Origin: an uncultured Pseudobdellovibrionaceae bacterium
Lineage (GTDB): Bacteria; Bdellovibrionota; Bdellovibrionia; Bdellovibrionales; JAGQZY01
Reading direction: 5' to 3'
DNA: 64,000 nt
Assembly (NCBI GenBank): GCA_964351315.1
Contig: CAYGNH010000002.1
Coordinates: forward strand, 216,269-280,268
In this document: piece after piece, positions 1 through 10,450 of the stretch
How the letters are laid out: each line of letters opens with the position of its first letter
How positions within the stretch are numbered: the stretch's first letter is position 1
Translations under genes and position numbers: made by a program
The notes under the pieces: model-generated
The model's input: the letters and a program-made list of their open reading frames with translations, nothing else
What the model was told of the DNA's origin: nothing
Database searches by the model: none

Positions 1-1
1 A

Positions 2-112
2 GACAACGGCTGTGCGGAATGTGAAATGGGAATTCCAGCTCCCTCGGCGGGCGGAGGCTATGGTGGCAGCGAAACTGTTTACACCACCATCACCTGCGTC
101 CGGTCTTCGTAA
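2..112 (+). CDS. 3' fragment of a CDS entering from the left edge, probably a paralog of the next (pilin-like) gene
   Basis: Open frame from the window edge to TAA at 110-112. Its C-terminus ...GSETVYTTITCVRSS* resembles the C-terminus of the 125..1231 product ...GSTLTRVTCIRKR*. Confidence 0.35.
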   Translation, partial: DNGCAECEMGIPAPSAGGGYGGSETVYTTITCVRSS

Positions 113-124
113 GGCGGCTGACAA

Positions 125-1231
125 GTGAAAGTTAGCAACCAAGGTTACTCATTAATCGAAATCATTGTGGTTCTGGCCATCGTCAGTCTTATGGGCCTCG
201 GAACAACAACCCTAGTGACAAACATGCTGAAGCTCAATAAACGAACTTTAGCGAAGTCCAATCTGATTTCGGTCAAAGACATGATTGAAAAGAATTTGAA
301 AAATGATTTGGCTTGGTTACGAACCACTTGCGGCGGGAATGACCCCACCCCTCCTCCCAATGGCCCTGGTGAGGCTTGCATACCCGCACCTGCACCAGGC
401 AACATTGGGTGCCTTTTCGACGGAGATGAAGTTCGTTGCAACCAACAACAATTAGTCAACCCGATCATTTATAATCGAAACGGAGAAGTTGTTTACAATC
501 CAGGAAATGCCAATGATGGGTGGACATTGGAAGGAGAGGCTTGCAACACTTACGGAACGCCTGATGACGATTGCCCGTTTCGATACACGATCACCGTGGA
601 TTTGATTTGTCCACCGACAGAAGACCCCTGTCTAAAGCCTGACATTAATATTACGGGGACCGCCACTATCAGTACCGCGACACCTTCAGCTTTGGCCAAC
701 CGAGTTGATCCCAATGACTATCTCATCAGTTATCAAAGAGATCAGGAAGTGCTCTATCAACCTTTACAGGTTGCTCACACTGTGACCACAAATTCCATCA
801 ATGCCAGTTGCACACCCGGTGTTCCCCAGGTCCGTCCTCTAAGTTCTACCGTTTACGATGTGGGAAATAATATTATTACAGAGGACTACGCGAATAACAG
901 ATTTCAACTGCAGGCAGGAGAGTATGACTGCGAAGTCTTTGCTACCGCCTTTGGAGCCGTCGGCGGATTCGCCATTGAGCTGCAAGCCGGCGCTCTTCCC
1001 TCGGTCATGGTCGGCTCTGGTTACAGTGCCAACAATTCCTCAACCTCAGTTTTGGGAACAGCCGAAATCAATTTGTCAGCCAATTCATGGGTTCAAGTTT
1101 TACACACATGTGGACCAGGGAGTGATCAGCCCCTATGGCCTGCTGGTGGACAATTCCAAATGGGCATCCCCTCACCATCTTACGCCGATGGCAGCACCCT
1201 CACTCGGGTTACTTGTATCCGTAAACGTTAG
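125..1231 (+). CDS. Prepilin-type N-terminal cleavage/methylation-domain protein with a large Cys/Pro-rich C-terminal region
   Basis: GTG start. N-terminus MKVSNQG|YSLIEIIVVLAIVSLMGL matches the G|(F/Y)(T/S)L(I/L)E prepilin motif plus a hydrophobic helix. About 340 aa follow, with many Cys. Confidence 0.75.
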   Translation: MKVSNQGYSLIEIIVVLAIVSLMGLGTTTLVTNMLKLNKRTLAKSNLISVKDMIEKNLKNDLAWLRTTCGGNDPTPPPNGPGEACIPAPAPGNIGCLFDGDEVRCNQQQLVNPIIYNRNGEVVYNPGNANDGWTLEGEACNTYGTPDDDCPFRYTITVDLICPPTEDPCLKPDINITGTATISTATPSALANRVDPNDYLISYQRDQEVLYQPLQVAHTVTTNSINASCTPGVPQVRPLSSTVYDVGNNIITEDYANNRFQLQAGEYDCEVFATAFGAVGGFAIELQAGALPSVMVGSGYSANNSSTSVLGTAEINLSANSWVQVLHTCGPGSDQPLWPAGGQFQMGIPSPSYADGSTLTRVTCIRKR

Positions 1232-1360
1232 TTGATTAATATCCCTTCAAAGACAGAAAAGGACGACCAACCCTCGAGGCGGCTCACGCCGCCGACTTGA
1301 TAAGACAAATTTAGAACTATAGGCGTAGTGAATGCGGAGCAGACGCTCCGGCTTTAAAGT

Positions 1361-1437
1361 TGGTCGGCCCGACTGGATTTGAACCAGCGACCTCCACCAC
1401 CCCAAGGTGGCGCGCTACCAGGCTGCGCCACGGGCCG
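1361..1437 (-). tRNA. tRNA-Pro (anticodon GGG)
   Basis: The reverse complement folds as a 77-nt cloverleaf: acceptor CGGCCCG/CGGGCCG, D stem GCGC/GCGC, anticodon stem CCACC/GGTGG with loop TTGGGGT, T arm GCTGG-TTCAAAT-CCAGT, and an encoded ACCA end. Confidence 0.92.
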
Positions 1438-1604
1438 ACAGATAATCTTCGGTGGACCTCCTTTTTCCTGGAAAGCGTAGATAAAGTCAACATTTAGGCC
1501 TAAAATCCAGTTTGTAGCCGCCGAAAGGCCTAAATCATCTCAGATTGCTTATAGTTGTCTCAATTCCACCCGATAGGGTCTTGAACGAATTTTTGGGAGG
1601 CCCC

Positions 1605-2165
1605 ATGAAAGCAACATTGAATATTCTTCTTATGATTTTCCTTGGCCTGAGCCTAAGCTTTTGCAGCAGCTCCAGCAAAGACACCGACGACTCTCAAGCC
1701 GCAGAGACTGAAGTCGATGGCTACAACTCCAGCAGCACTTACGACGACATCGCTGGCGCCGCTGGTGATGCGGAATTGGACGTCGACGGCGGATCTTCCG
1801 ACTATTCGAGCGAAGACTCTTACGGCAGTGCCGATGAAGAACCCGCCTCCGGAGGCAGCGACGACCTCTTTCTTGGCGGCACCGAGGACAGTTCCGCTGG
1901 GTCCGAAGCGGGAGAAGAACCTCTTCCTGTCGAAGCTATCGAGGAGTATAAAGACGCCCCTAGTGCCGCCGTGCCCACTGGCTTCAAAGATGGCTTCTAT
2001 AATATGTCTAGAAACTGCAACATGCGACAAGAACCGACCACTTCTTCTGCGAAGGCTGGAAAGGTGCAAGCTGGGAAAAGACTTTGGGTTGAAGGCTACA
2101 ATGATAAATGGGTTAAAGTTTTCAAGAAAAGCGGCCCCGTTTACCTTAGCAAGATCTGCCTTTAA
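1605..2165 (+). CDS. Lipoprotein with an acidic low-complexity linker and a C-terminal SH3b-like domain
   Basis: ATG at 1605 preceded by GGGAGG. Signal peptide with lipobox LSLSF|C. D/E/S/G-rich stretch. C-terminal ...GKRLWVEGYNDKWVKV... resembles bacterial SH3. Confidence 0.7.
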   Translation: MKATLNILLMIFLGLSLSFCSSSSKDTDDSQAAETEVDGYNSSSTYDDIAGAAGDAELDVDGGSSDYSSEDSYGSADEEPASGGSDDLFLGGTEDSSAGSEAGEEPLPVEAIEEYKDAPSAAVPTGFKDGFYNMSRNCNMRQEPTTSSAKAGKVQAGKRLWVEGYNDKWVKVFKKSGPVYLSKICL

Positions 2166-2194
2166 AACAAGAATTCAACAATGGAACCGTTAAC

Positions 2195-2218
2195 AGCCTG
2201 CAACTCTGCGGGCTTTTT
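2195..2218 (+). terminator. Rho-independent terminator after the lipoprotein gene
   Basis: Stem AGCCTGCA / TGCGGGCT (8 bp, one G-U pair), loop ACTC, followed by TTTTT. Confidence 0.6.
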
Positions 2219-2340
2219 AGCATTCAGCGACGCTGCCGCCCTCTTTCATAGAAATTACGAACCGAACCAACCCCCTGTTGAAGGACACATCGCTTTGTTT
2301 GATAGCTTGTCCTTTCCGGAAACAAGGACAAGCCTCTTTT

Positions 2341-3054
2341 TTAATTACGATTATCGGGATGCCAACCGTGAGAGGCTCGGCCGTAGCTGTCCGGAGTCAT
2401 CACAATTTGCATGTCTTCCGAATACACAAAGCAACGCATTTGGAACTGTCCTGGCGCCGCTGGAAAATCTCTGGCAACCAGAGCATCGCAATCGGCCAAG
2501 CTTTGGTTCCTTAGGTTATCATCAATGGGATTGGGTGAAAAAATCACCGTTGGATAGCGACCGAAGCGGGCCATCACCACTAAAAGATGTTCGGCCCCGG
2601 CCGAGGCGATCAGACGATCGTAGGCCGGACGAATTCGGTTCAGATAATCCTGGTTGGTCACAAAAGGAACGAGATTAACATCCACGGGATTCGGTTCAAA
2701 CCTCAACGAGACCGGCTGCCAATCGGTGTTGGCCGGATCCCACACTCGGTCCAGACCGACCGTGTGCAGAAAACAAGGACGCTCTCCGTAAGTGATGGCT
2801 TCACAAAACTCGAGGGCACGGCGGTTGGCCTCGTCCTGAGTCGCACCATTGTTGGGTCCAGTGGCATTCGCTCGGCTCCAGCCGGCCATCGTATTTCCAG
2901 CGTCATTGGCAGCAATCGCTCGTGGATTGCCGTTCGGATTGTCTAAATAATTGACCGCTTGAAAGGCCCTCCAATGATCGATAGCTCCTGGAAGTCGACT
3001 GGCATCAAAAGTGGTTGGCAAATCAAGAAAAAGATCCTGGAACTGTGCAGGCAA
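2341..3054 (-). CDS. Hypothetical protein with two Cys-pair repeats (DUF4189-like pattern by eye)
   Basis: 237-aa ORF with a TTG start, locally GC-richer. Repeats ...EANRRALEFCEAITYGERPCFLH... and ...NQSLADCDALV...QMRCFVY... No signal peptide. The start is uncertain (see finding). Confidence 0.5.
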   Translation of the reverse strand: MPAQFQDLFLDLPTTFDASRLPGAIDHWRAFQAVNYLDNPNGNPRAIAANDAGNTMAGWSRANATGPNNGATQDEANRRALEFCEAITYGERPCFLHTVGLDRVWDPANTDWQPVSLRFEPNPVDVNLVPFVTNQDYLNRIRPAYDRLIASAGAEHLLVVMARFGRYPTVIFSPNPIDDNLRNQSLADCDALVARDFPAAPGQFQMRCFVYSEDMQIVMTPDSYGRASHGWHPDNRN

Positions 3055-3277
3055 ATCACTTTCGCTGTATTTAATAAAATCGCCTTCGGCAAAAATAGCG
3101 CAGGGCTTGTTATTGAAGGCAAGCTGACCCTACGTGATATGTATTGCATCATTATATTGTAAACACCCGCCCATAACAATGACGCCTCAAAAAAGCACAG
3201 AAGGTGCAAGCCTCTGGTTACCTATCCATGGAATTATTTGATGGTGCGCTTGATTCTGAAACGGAGTCTGGCACCTT

Positions 3278-3826
3278 TTAAAGGTTGAGGTTGAGGCGGG
3301 CTTGGCGGATTGAGGCCAGAAGGTCCTCGGCAAATTGCAAATCGTCGACGCTTCCCACTGGGGCCTCCACGGCTTTTTTTGCCACTGCTTGTGGCTTGTC
3401 TTTGACCTGTTGGCGCAGCTTCTTCAAAGCCGATTGGGCGCCCTCGATCGAAAACCGATCATCATAAAGAAGTTTCTTAATCATTAAGGCCATTTCCACA
3501 TCTTTTTTGGTGTACATGCGTTGACCATTTTTAGATTTCTTGGGTTTTAATAAATCAAATTCCGTTTCCCAGTAGCGAAGAACATACTGCTTCACTCCGA
3601 CATAATCGGCGGCTTCTCCGATTTTGAAACCAAACTTATCCGGAATATTTTCGATTTTAGTTTGCAGTTTGTGAGTGGGAGAGATCCATTCAATTTCGGT
3701 ATTAATCGGTTCGCTTTTGACTTCTCGTTGGCTTTCGTTATCGATCGCTTGCTCCACTGTCATTAAAGATTGGAATTTTGGATGACTTTGCTCCAGCAAA
3801 GTTTTCCACTCATTCATCGTCACCAC
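3278..3826 (-). CDS. MerR-family transcriptional regulator
   Basis: The HTH region FKIGEAADYVGVKQYVLRYWETEFDLLKPKKSKNGQRMYTKKDVE is a typical MerR N-terminal domain. The gene overlaps the ihfA stop. Confidence 0.8.
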   Translation of the reverse strand: MVTMNEWKTLLEQSHPKFQSLMTVEQAIDNESQREVKSEPINTEIEWISPTHKLQTKIENIPDKFGFKIGEAADYVGVKQYVLRYWETEFDLLKPKKSKNGQRMYTKKDVEMALMIKKLLYDDRFSIEGAQSALKKLRQQVKDKPQAVAKKAVEAPVGSVDDLQFAEDLLASIRQARLNLNL

Positions 3827-4142
3827 CCGGCGCTTCTTGGCCGTTAAGCATGGCTTTTAAAACCTGACTGGGACTGAAGTTAAGGACGCGACGGGCACTG
3901 ATCGTGATGCGATCACCGGTCTGCGGGTTGCGTCCAATGCGCGATTTTTTTTCGCGCACTTCAAACTTTCCGAAGCCAGAGATTTTCACTTTCTCTCCGG
4001 CAACAAGTTTGTCTTTCAAGGCACCAAAAACCATTTCAACCAGTTCTGATGCTTCCTTCTTTGAAAAGCCAATCTTCTCGTAGACTCTTTCGACGATGTC
4101 GGCTTTTGTCATTGTTGATTTGGAAATATTCTTTCCTGCCAT
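3810..4142 (-). CDS. ihfA: Integration host factor subunit alpha (HU/IHF family)
   Basis: ...GFGKFEVREKKSRIGRNPQTGDRITISARRVLNFSPS... fits the IHF/HU fold. GGGAGG lies 7 nt before the ATG. The position after pheT matches ihfA. Confidence 0.85.
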   Translation of the reverse strand: MAGKNISKSTMTKADIVERVYEKIGFSKKEASELVEMVFGALKDKLVAGEKVKISGFGKFEVREKKSRIGRNPQTGDRITISARRVLNFSPSQVLKAMLNGQEAPGGDDE

Positions 4143-4206
4143 AAGGAAGCCTCCCTGCTGATCAATCTCAGTTATAGGCTACCAAGTTGTTGAAAACTTT
4201 CAAGTT

Positions 4207-6639
4207 TTATCGAATTTCCAGACCCAGCTTTTGACAGAGGGAGTTAACCACATTGTCGCGGATTCCGTTGATCTCATCGTCCTTCAAAGTCTCTTTGTCG
4301 CTTTGGAAGCGCAAACGAAAGGCAATGGACTTTCGGCCAGCGGCTTGCAAGTCTTTGTCTTGGTAAATATCAAAAACCTCAAAATGGCTCAGTAGAGGTC
4401 CAGCCGCTTTTTTGATTTCTGTGCCTATTTTATCAGCAGTTAGAGTTTCGTCAGCTAAAAAGGCGATATCTCTCTCCACGCCCGGAAACTTCGGCAAACT
4501 TTTGAATTTTGGATCGCGCGGCTGACGAGTCATCAAAGCATCAAAATTAAACTCGGCCCAAGCCACTTGAGTTCTAATTTTATTTTCATCTTTTAATAAC
4601 GGATGAAGGCTGCCCAGCAAACCAATGACTTTTCCTTCATAGAACAAACAGGCTGTTTGCGAAGGATGAAAACCATCGGGACACTCATCCATGTCCACGC
4701 TGTCCCAGCGCCAGTTGCGACCACCAAGGCTGCGCAATAGAGCTTCAACGGTGCTTTTTAACTCGTAGACAACTTCGTTTTTTTGCGGCTGGTCCCACAA
4801 CCCATCAGGCTGCCCCCAAAACACAAAGGCCAAGCGGCCTTCTTCTATAAAAGAATCACCCTGCTTATGGTGAGAAGGCGCCACTTCAAAAAGTCGTCCC
4901 TGATGATTTCCGTGGTGATCATTGTGCACAAGGTTTTTAAAAAGAGACGGCAACAAACTTTCACGCATCACTGACAGCTCTTCGCTAATCGGGTTCAACA
5001 AAGCGATAGGTGCTGCGCTCCGCTTTAAGCCCCACTTGTCATTGGGTTCTCCCCAAATTTTTTGATTTTGGTCTTTACCAATAAAAGCGTAGTTTAAAGT
5101 TTGATCCAACCCCAGGCCCGTCAATACAGCCGACACCTTGTTGGTGAACTGATAAGAAAAACCATGGGCCGTGGGCTCACTGTCTAAGGTGGGAAGCTTT
5201 TCTTCAATTTGGTCGTAGCCGTTCAAACGCGCATACTCTTCCACTAAGTCTTCTTTAATATGCAAATCCCAACGATAAGAAGGGGGCGACACTCGAAAGC
5301 CTTGTTCTTTTTTTGCCACCACACAATTCAAACGACTCATCCAGTTTTCAAAATCACCGTCGTCAACGGTGTACCCCACTCGTTCACTGACGTAGTCGGT
5401 TGTGACGAAAATGTCATGGCTTGGTACCGGGTGGGGGTAAATGTCGACATGCCCTTTTTGAATGTCACCACCGGCGACTTCCTGAATCAATGCCGCAGCA
5501 CGGTTCATGGCATTCAGAGTCTGCTCTGGGTCTACGCCTCGAGAAAAGCGATAACAAGCATCGGTTTCAATGCCGTGAGCGCGAGAGCTTCGACGTACCC
5601 CTTCGGCCACAAAAAAAGCGGCCTCCAAAAAAATATCTTTGGTGGACTCGGAAACACCGGTGTTTTTACCACCGACAACGCCCGCGATCCCCACCGATTT
5701 TTGACCATCTTTGATCATAAGATCCTGATCACTCATTTTAATTTCAGTGCCATCCAGACTGGTGAAGACTTCACCATCTTGGGCTTTCTCAATTCGAATG
5801 GTGGATTTTTCTAAATTATCAAAATCGTAGGCATGCAAAGGTTGACCGTACTCGAACAAAACATAGTTGGTAACATCCACTACATTGTTAACCGAATTCA
5901 CACCAATGGACGTTAAGGCCTTTTGCAACCAAGAGGGACTCGGACCCACTTGGACTCCAGAAATCATGCGGCCGCAAAAGCGAGGACAGGCCTCGTCATC
6001 TTTTAAGTCGACATGGATCCAATCATTAACCGACTTCCCTGTTTCCGAGATATTGACCTCTGGAAAATTCACCGGACGATCAAGGAGAGTCGACAACTCT
6101 CTGGCCAAGCCAAGGTGACTCAAACAGTCGGCCCGGTTGGGAGTGACATTGAGCTCAAACAGGATGTCAGCTTGTTTATAGGCTTCTGCAAATTTTTGTC
6201 CCAGTTTATAATCTCCAGAAAAAACCAAGATCCCTTGGCTTTCCTCACTAAGCCCCAATTCTGATTCACTACAAAGCATCCCGAATGACTCGACACCACG
6301 AATTTTGGATTTTTTAATTTTAAAATCGCCAGGCAAAACCGTCCCGACGGTGGCCACAGCCACATGATCTCCGGTTTTATGATTTTTGGCGCCACAAACA
6401 ATCTGCAAAGGCTCGTTGCCCCCGACATCGACCTGGCAAAGAGTCAGCTTATCGGCGTCTGGGTGTTTTCCAACCTCAAGAAGTTGACCGACAACCACAC
6501 CCTCCCAATTTTCGGCTGGGTTGATAAGATCTTCCACTTCAAGTCCGGCCTTGGTTAAAAGACTAGCTAAATCCGGAAGCTTTGATTTGTAATCTGAAAG
6601 ATCGATATAATTGTTCAACCAATTGAATGAAATTTTCAT
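4207..6639 (-). CDS. pheT: Phenylalanine--tRNA ligase beta subunit
   Basis: 810 aa. It has the N-terminal tRNA-binding domain ([14 protein letters not shown]...), B3/4 and B5 regions and the C-terminal FDX-ACB-like end. ATGA overlap with pheS. Confidence 0.97.
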   Translation of the reverse strand: MKISFNWLNNYIDLSDYKSKLPDLASLLTKAGLEVEDLINPAENWEGVVVGQLLEVGKHPDADKLTLCQVDVGGNEPLQIVCGAKNHKTGDHVAVATVGTVLPGDFKIKKSKIRGVESFGMLCSESELGLSEESQGILVFSGDYKLGQKFAEAYKQADILFELNVTPNRADCLSHLGLARELSTLLDRPVNFPEVNISETGKSVNDWIHVDLKDDEACPRFCGRMISGVQVGPSPSWLQKALTSIGVNSVNNVVDVTNYVLFEYGQPLHAYDFDNLEKSTIRIEKAQDGEVFTSLDGTEIKMSDQDLMIKDGQKSVGIAGVVGGKNTGVSESTKDIFLEAAFFVAEGVRRSSRAHGIETDACYRFSRGVDPEQTLNAMNRAAALIQEVAGGDIQKGHVDIYPHPVPSHDIFVTTDYVSERVGYTVDDGDFENWMSRLNCVVAKKEQGFRVSPPSYRWDLHIKEDLVEEYARLNGYDQIEEKLPTLDSEPTAHGFSYQFTNKVSAVLTGLGLDQTLNYAFIGKDQNQKIWGEPNDKWGLKRSAAPIALLNPISEELSVMRESLLPSLFKNLVHNDHHGNHQGRLFEVAPSHHKQGDSFIEEGRLAFVFWGQPDGLWDQPQKNEVVYELKSTVEALLRSLGGRNWRWDSVDMDECPDGFHPSQTACLFYEGKVIGLLGSLHPLLKDENKIRTQVAWAEFNFDALMTRQPRDPKFKSLPKFPGVERDIAFLADETLTADKIGTEIKKAAGPLLSHFEVFDIYQDKDLQAAGRKSIAFRLRFQSDKETLKDDEINGIRDNVVNSLCQKLGLEIR

Positions 6640-7661
6640 AATTCGAACTGCCTTAAAAACCGAGTGTCATTTTCTACAAACAAACGAATATCATTGATTC
6701 CATATTTAATAATGGCCATTCGTTCGATTCCAAAACCAAAGGCAAAGCCTTGCCACAGTTCCGGATCAATCCCCGCTTGCCGCAAAACATTGGGGTGCAC
6801 CAAACCGGACCCCCCAATTTCAATCCAACCACTTTGACTGCACATGCGACAACCTTGGCCTTTACAAAGGGGACAAGAGCAGTCCACTTCTGCCGACGGT
6901 TCGGTGAAGGGAAAAAAACTAGGGCGAAAGCGTGTTTTAATTTCGGGACCAAAAAATTCTTTAACAAAAAACGAGATCGTTCCTTTAAGGTCGGCCATAG
7001 AAACTTTTTTATCAACCAAAAGGGCTTCAATTTGATGAAAATTTGGCGAGTGGGAAGCGTCACTATCACAACGAAAAACACCACCGGGAGCCAAAACTCG
7101 AATCGGTGGTTTTTCATTTTCCATCGTATGGATTTGCACGGGGCTGGTGTGGGTCCGTAGAACGGCTCCGCCTTCGACGTAGAATGTATCCTGCATATCA
7201 CGGGCCGGATGGTTCTCGGGAATGTTGAGAGCTGTAAAATTGTAATGGTCGGTTTCAATCATAGGACCTGAACGAACCGAAAAACCGACGCGACTAAGGA
7301 TGTCCACGATTTCATTAATCACTCGGGGAATCGGATGCAGAGCCCCGTGGGTGACGGCTGGCCCCGGCAGGGACAGGTCTAAAACTTCATTTTTAAGCTT
7401 AGCGTTCAATTCTGCCTTTTTCAGCTTTGACTCATTGGCCTCATACAGGGCTTGCAGGGTCGAACGGACCTCATTGACCTTCTGCCCGAAAGCGGGACGA
7501 TCTTCTTTGGGAAGCGCTCCAACCTCCCGCATTAACAGGGATAAACTCCCCTGTTTACCAAAAAACTGCACCTTGACCTGATAGAGTCCATCACTGGTTT
7601 TGGCCTCGCCGATAGCTTTTTCAGCCTGCTCTTTGATCTTTTCCAACTTTTCTATTAGCAT
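6636..7661 (-). CDS. pheS: Phenylalanine--tRNA ligase alpha subunit
   Basis: Class II motifs are present (...[17 protein letters not shown]..., ...[13 protein letters not shown]...). The true start is ATG at 7661 ([17 protein letters not shown]...). The 496-aa track ORF carries a spurious 155-aa extension. Confidence 0.95.
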   Translation of the reverse strand: MLIEKLEKIKEQAEKAIGEAKTSDGLYQVKVQFFGKQGSLSLLMREVGALPKEDRPAFGQKVNEVRSTLQALYEANESKLKKAELNAKLKNEVLDLSLPGPAVTHGALHPIPRVINEIVDILSRVGFSVRSGPMIETDHYNFTALNIPENHPARDMQDTFYVEGGAVLRTHTSPVQIHTMENEKPPIRVLAPGGVFRCDSDASHSPNFHQIEALLVDKKVSMADLKGTISFFVKEFFGPEIKTRFRPSFFPFTEPSAEVDCSCPLCKGQGCRMCSQSGWIEIGGSGLVHPNVLRQAGIDPELWQGFAFGFGIERMAIIKYGINDIRLFVENDTRFLRQFEL

Positions 7662-7700
7662 GCCGACATATTTCGCTATTTGATGAATATTTTCAACTGA

Positions 7701-8486
7701 TTGGTTAGTGGCGTGGCGCATAAAAATGCAAGCAATTGGAGCCCTTATAAGGGCGGAAAAAAGGGACCAAAAAAAGGAACCCACAAGAAACCCGTGCGAA
7801 TTTTTAAATTCAACGAGGCCGACGATCGCCTCCAGGATTTGTTTCACAACCACGGCTACGACGACAAAATTGATCACGCCACACGTAAACTTTTTACAAA
7901 GTTTTATGTGCTGCTTATGGAAAACCAAAAAAAACAAAACTTCACACGCCTCACCTCCATTAAAGACGTGGCAATTCGACACTTCATTGATTCCATCATC
8001 GTTAATAAACTCACGCCTCTGAAATTCCCTCTTCTCGACATGGGCACCGGGCCTGGATTTCCTGGCATCCCTTTGAAGATAATCTTGGGGTCCGAGAAAA
8101 AAATCATCCTGGCTGAAGGGGTGCAAAAAAGAGTGAACTTTCTCAAGAAAGTTCGAGAAGAGTTACAACTGGAAAACTTAGACATCATTGGCCGCAACGT
8201 GAATCAGGATTTCAATTACCCCGTCGAAGGGGTGATCACTCGCGCCGTTGAAGACACCAGCAACACGATGTCAAATGTCATAAACTGCCTGCAAACCGGT
8301 GGTTGCATTTACTTAATGAAGGGCCCTAATGTGGATCCCGAAATCAAGGCCGCCTTGGACACTTGGGGCGACTATTTTAAGTTAGAAAAAGACAAGTTCT
8401 ATAGTCTACCCAACACCACTCACGAGCGACGCCTTTTGGTTTTTCGCAAACTAAAAAACCTTGAGGGCGGCGATGCAAAAAATTGA
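7701..8486 (+). CDS. rsmG: 16S rRNA (guanine527-N7)-methyltransferase RsmG/GidB
   Basis: ...RHFIDSIIV...[15 protein letters not shown]... is a SAM-binding motif typical of RsmG. The start is uncertain (TTG at 7701, or GTG at 7713 or 7794). Confidence 0.8.
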   Translation: MVSGVAHKNASNWSPYKGGKKGPKKGTHKKPVRIFKFNEADDRLQDLFHNHGYDDKIDHATRKLFTKFYVLLMENQKKQNFTRLTSIKDVAIRHFIDSIIVNKLTPLKFPLLDMGTGPGFPGIPLKIILGSEKKIILAEGVQKRVNFLKKVREELQLENLDIIGRNVNQDFNYPVEGVITRAVEDTSNTMSNVINCLQTGGCIYLMKGPNVDPEIKAALDTWGDYFKLEKDKFYSLPNTTHERRLLVFRKLKNLEGGDAKN

Positions 8487-9192
8487 CAGCGCAAAAAATT
8501 CTCTTTTTAAAAGCCTCTTGTCCCTGACGAAAAACAAAGGGATTAAAAAAGAAAAGCAAGCCTTGGTCAGTGGCGAAAAAATTACCAATGAAATGGCTAA
8601 ACTAAACATCCCTGCTTTTTGGATCGTGACTGACAAATTAAAGCAATCTATCCATGATAACCCACGGACCATATTGTTGCCCGAGTCTTTGTTCTCTCAG
8701 TTGGATGTGTGTGGAACCCACTCCCCCCTTCTTTGCGTGGAAACACCCGAGCTGCCGCCCCTAAAGAATAGAGACAGCAGCAAAGCCACCCTGTTTGCCG
8801 CCCTCAGTGATCCCACCAATTTGGGGGCTCTGATCCGAACTTGTGCCGCCTTTGGATGGCCGCAGATCGTTCTTCTCAAAGAGTCCGCCAACCCCTTTCT
8901 GCCAAAAGCCATTCGGGCCGCCAGCGGAACCTGCTTTGCCACCTCTCTTTTCACCGGCCCCAGCATTGAAGATTTAAATGATCCTGAGATTTTGGCTTTG
9001 GACATGAAGGGGCAGAAACTACAGCCAGGAATGATTAAAAGTAATTTAAAGCTTCTGGTCGGAGAAGAGGGAAGAGGGGTTCCCGACAGCTTTTCTGGGC
9101 AAAGAGTCTCTATCCCCATTTCAAACAAAGTCGAGTCCCTCAACGCTACAATCGCCACCAGCCTCTTGGTTTATGAGTGGAGCAAAACCTAA
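8473..9192 (+). CDS. TrmH/SpoU-family RNA 2'-O-methyltransferase
   Basis: SpoU motifs are present: ...NLGALIRTCAAFG..., ...LLVGEEGRGVP..., ...IPISNKVESLNATIATSLLVYE. ATG at 8473 overlaps the rsmG end. Confidence 0.8.
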   Translation: MQKIDSAKNSLFKSLLSLTKNKGIKKEKQALVSGEKITNEMAKLNIPAFWIVTDKLKQSIHDNPRTILLPESLFSQLDVCGTHSPLLCVETPELPPLKNRDSSKATLFAALSDPTNLGALIRTCAAFGWPQIVLLKESANPFLPKAIRAASGTCFATSLFTGPSIEDLNDPEILALDMKGQKLQPGMIKSNLKLLVGEEGRGVPDSFSGQRVSIPISNKVESLNATIATSLLVYEWSKT

Positions 9193-10424
9193 TGCTACAG
9201 CTGCAAAGTTTCCTGGGGATTTTCTTCTTCATCGGCATCGCTTGGCTATTTTCAAACAATAAAAAAAGAATCTCATGGCGTATCGTTGTTTCTGGAATCC
9301 TATTCCAATTGTTTTTAGCCTTAGCCGTCCTAGGCGTCCCGGCCTTTGGCCTATCTGGCCCCTTGCAAGGTTTTTTTCAAGGTGCCAATGATGTCATCCT
9401 AAAACTGCTTAGCTTTACCGAGGCTGGCAGTGGCTTTCTTTTGGGCGATCTGATTAAGCAAGAGAAAAGTGGATTTATTATCGCTTTTCAAATATTGCCT
9501 ATTATTATTTTTCTCTCTTCTCTTATGACCGTTCTCTATCATATCGGTATTATGCAATGGGTGGTGAACGCCTTTGCTTGGGTGATGCAGAAACTGCTCA
9601 ATCTGAGTGGGGCCGAATCTTTGGCTGCAGCCGCCAACGTCTTCGTAGGGCAAACCGAAGCTCCCTTGATCGTGAAACCCTATTTAAAAAATATGACCTC
9701 AAGCGAGCTGTTTTCATTGATGACGGGAGGCATGGCGACTATTGCCGGATCGGTGATGGCAGCCTATGTTGGCTTACTGAAAGACGCCATCCCAAACATT
9801 GGCGGACACCTTCTGACCGCCAGCATTCTTTCGGCTCCGGCCGCCCTGGTGATTGCCAAAATTATGGTCCCCGAAACCGAGACTCCAGAAACCTTAGGGT
9901 CGATTCCGAACGAGACGACCAAAGAGCACGTCAATGTGATTGAAGCTGCAGCCAGTGGGGCCAGCGACGGTTTAAAGTTGGCGGCCAACGTGGCCGCCAT
10001 GCTGTTGGCTTTTGTTGCTATCATCGCCATGCTCGACGCCCTCATCGACTTCACGACCCAGGGGCACCTTTCGCTGGCAATGATTCTTAGCTGGCTGTTT
10101 ACGCCCTTTGCCTTCTTCTTGGGAATTCCCTTTGAAGACCTCTCGGTGGCAGGGACTCTGATTGGTAAGAAAATTGTTTTCAACGAATTCATCGCTTATT
10201 TGGACTTGGCTAAGCTGACCGATATCAACCCACGCAGCCGAATTATTCTTTCTTATGCTCTTTGTGGTTTCGCGAACTTTTCATCGATCGCCATTCAAAT
10301 AGGTGGAATCGGCCCAATGATTCCCGAAAGAAAAAAAGAACTGGCCCAGTTTGGCATTCGATCCGTCATCGGCGGAAGTCTGGCCGCGTTTATTACGGCC
10401 TGCATGGCCAGTCTCTTGATTTGA
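9192..10424 (+). CDS. nupC: NupC/CNT-family concentrative nucleoside transporter
   Basis: Polytopic membrane protein with ...FVGQTEAPLIVKPYLKNMT..LFSLMTGGMATIAGSVMAAY... TAATG overlap with the upstream gene. Confidence 0.85.
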   Translation: MLQLQSFLGIFFFIGIAWLFSNNKKRISWRIVVSGILFQLFLALAVLGVPAFGLSGPLQGFFQGANDVILKLLSFTEAGSGFLLGDLIKQEKSGFIIAFQILPIIIFLSSLMTVLYHIGIMQWVVNAFAWVMQKLLNLSGAESLAAAANVFVGQTEAPLIVKPYLKNMTSSELFSLMTGGMATIAGSVMAAYVGLLKDAIPNIGGHLLTASILSAPAALVIAKIMVPETETPETLGSIPNETTKEHVNVIEAAASGASDGLKLAANVAAMLLAFVAIIAMLDALIDFTTQGHLSLAMILSWLFTPFAFFLGIPFEDLSVAGTLIGKKIVFNEFIAYLDLAKLTDINPRSRIILSYALCGFANFSSIAIQIGGIGPMIPERKKELAQFGIRSVIGGSLAAFITACMASLLI

Positions 10425-10450
10425 CAAGATTGAGCCTCTAATATCGGTGC

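Noticed and set aside
1232-1604. tRNA-Pro might be the integration site of a genomic island containing the pilin-like genes.
   Set aside because: I could not find a direct repeat of the tRNA 3' half elsewhere in the window, and no integrase is present. The left boundary is outside the window, so this is untestable here.
7662-8126. The 496-aa track ORF extends pheS by 155 codons at its N-terminus.
   Set aside because: The extension is antisense to rsmG and has no PheS similarity. Canonical PheS begins at the internal ATG 7661 ([12 protein letters not shown]...).
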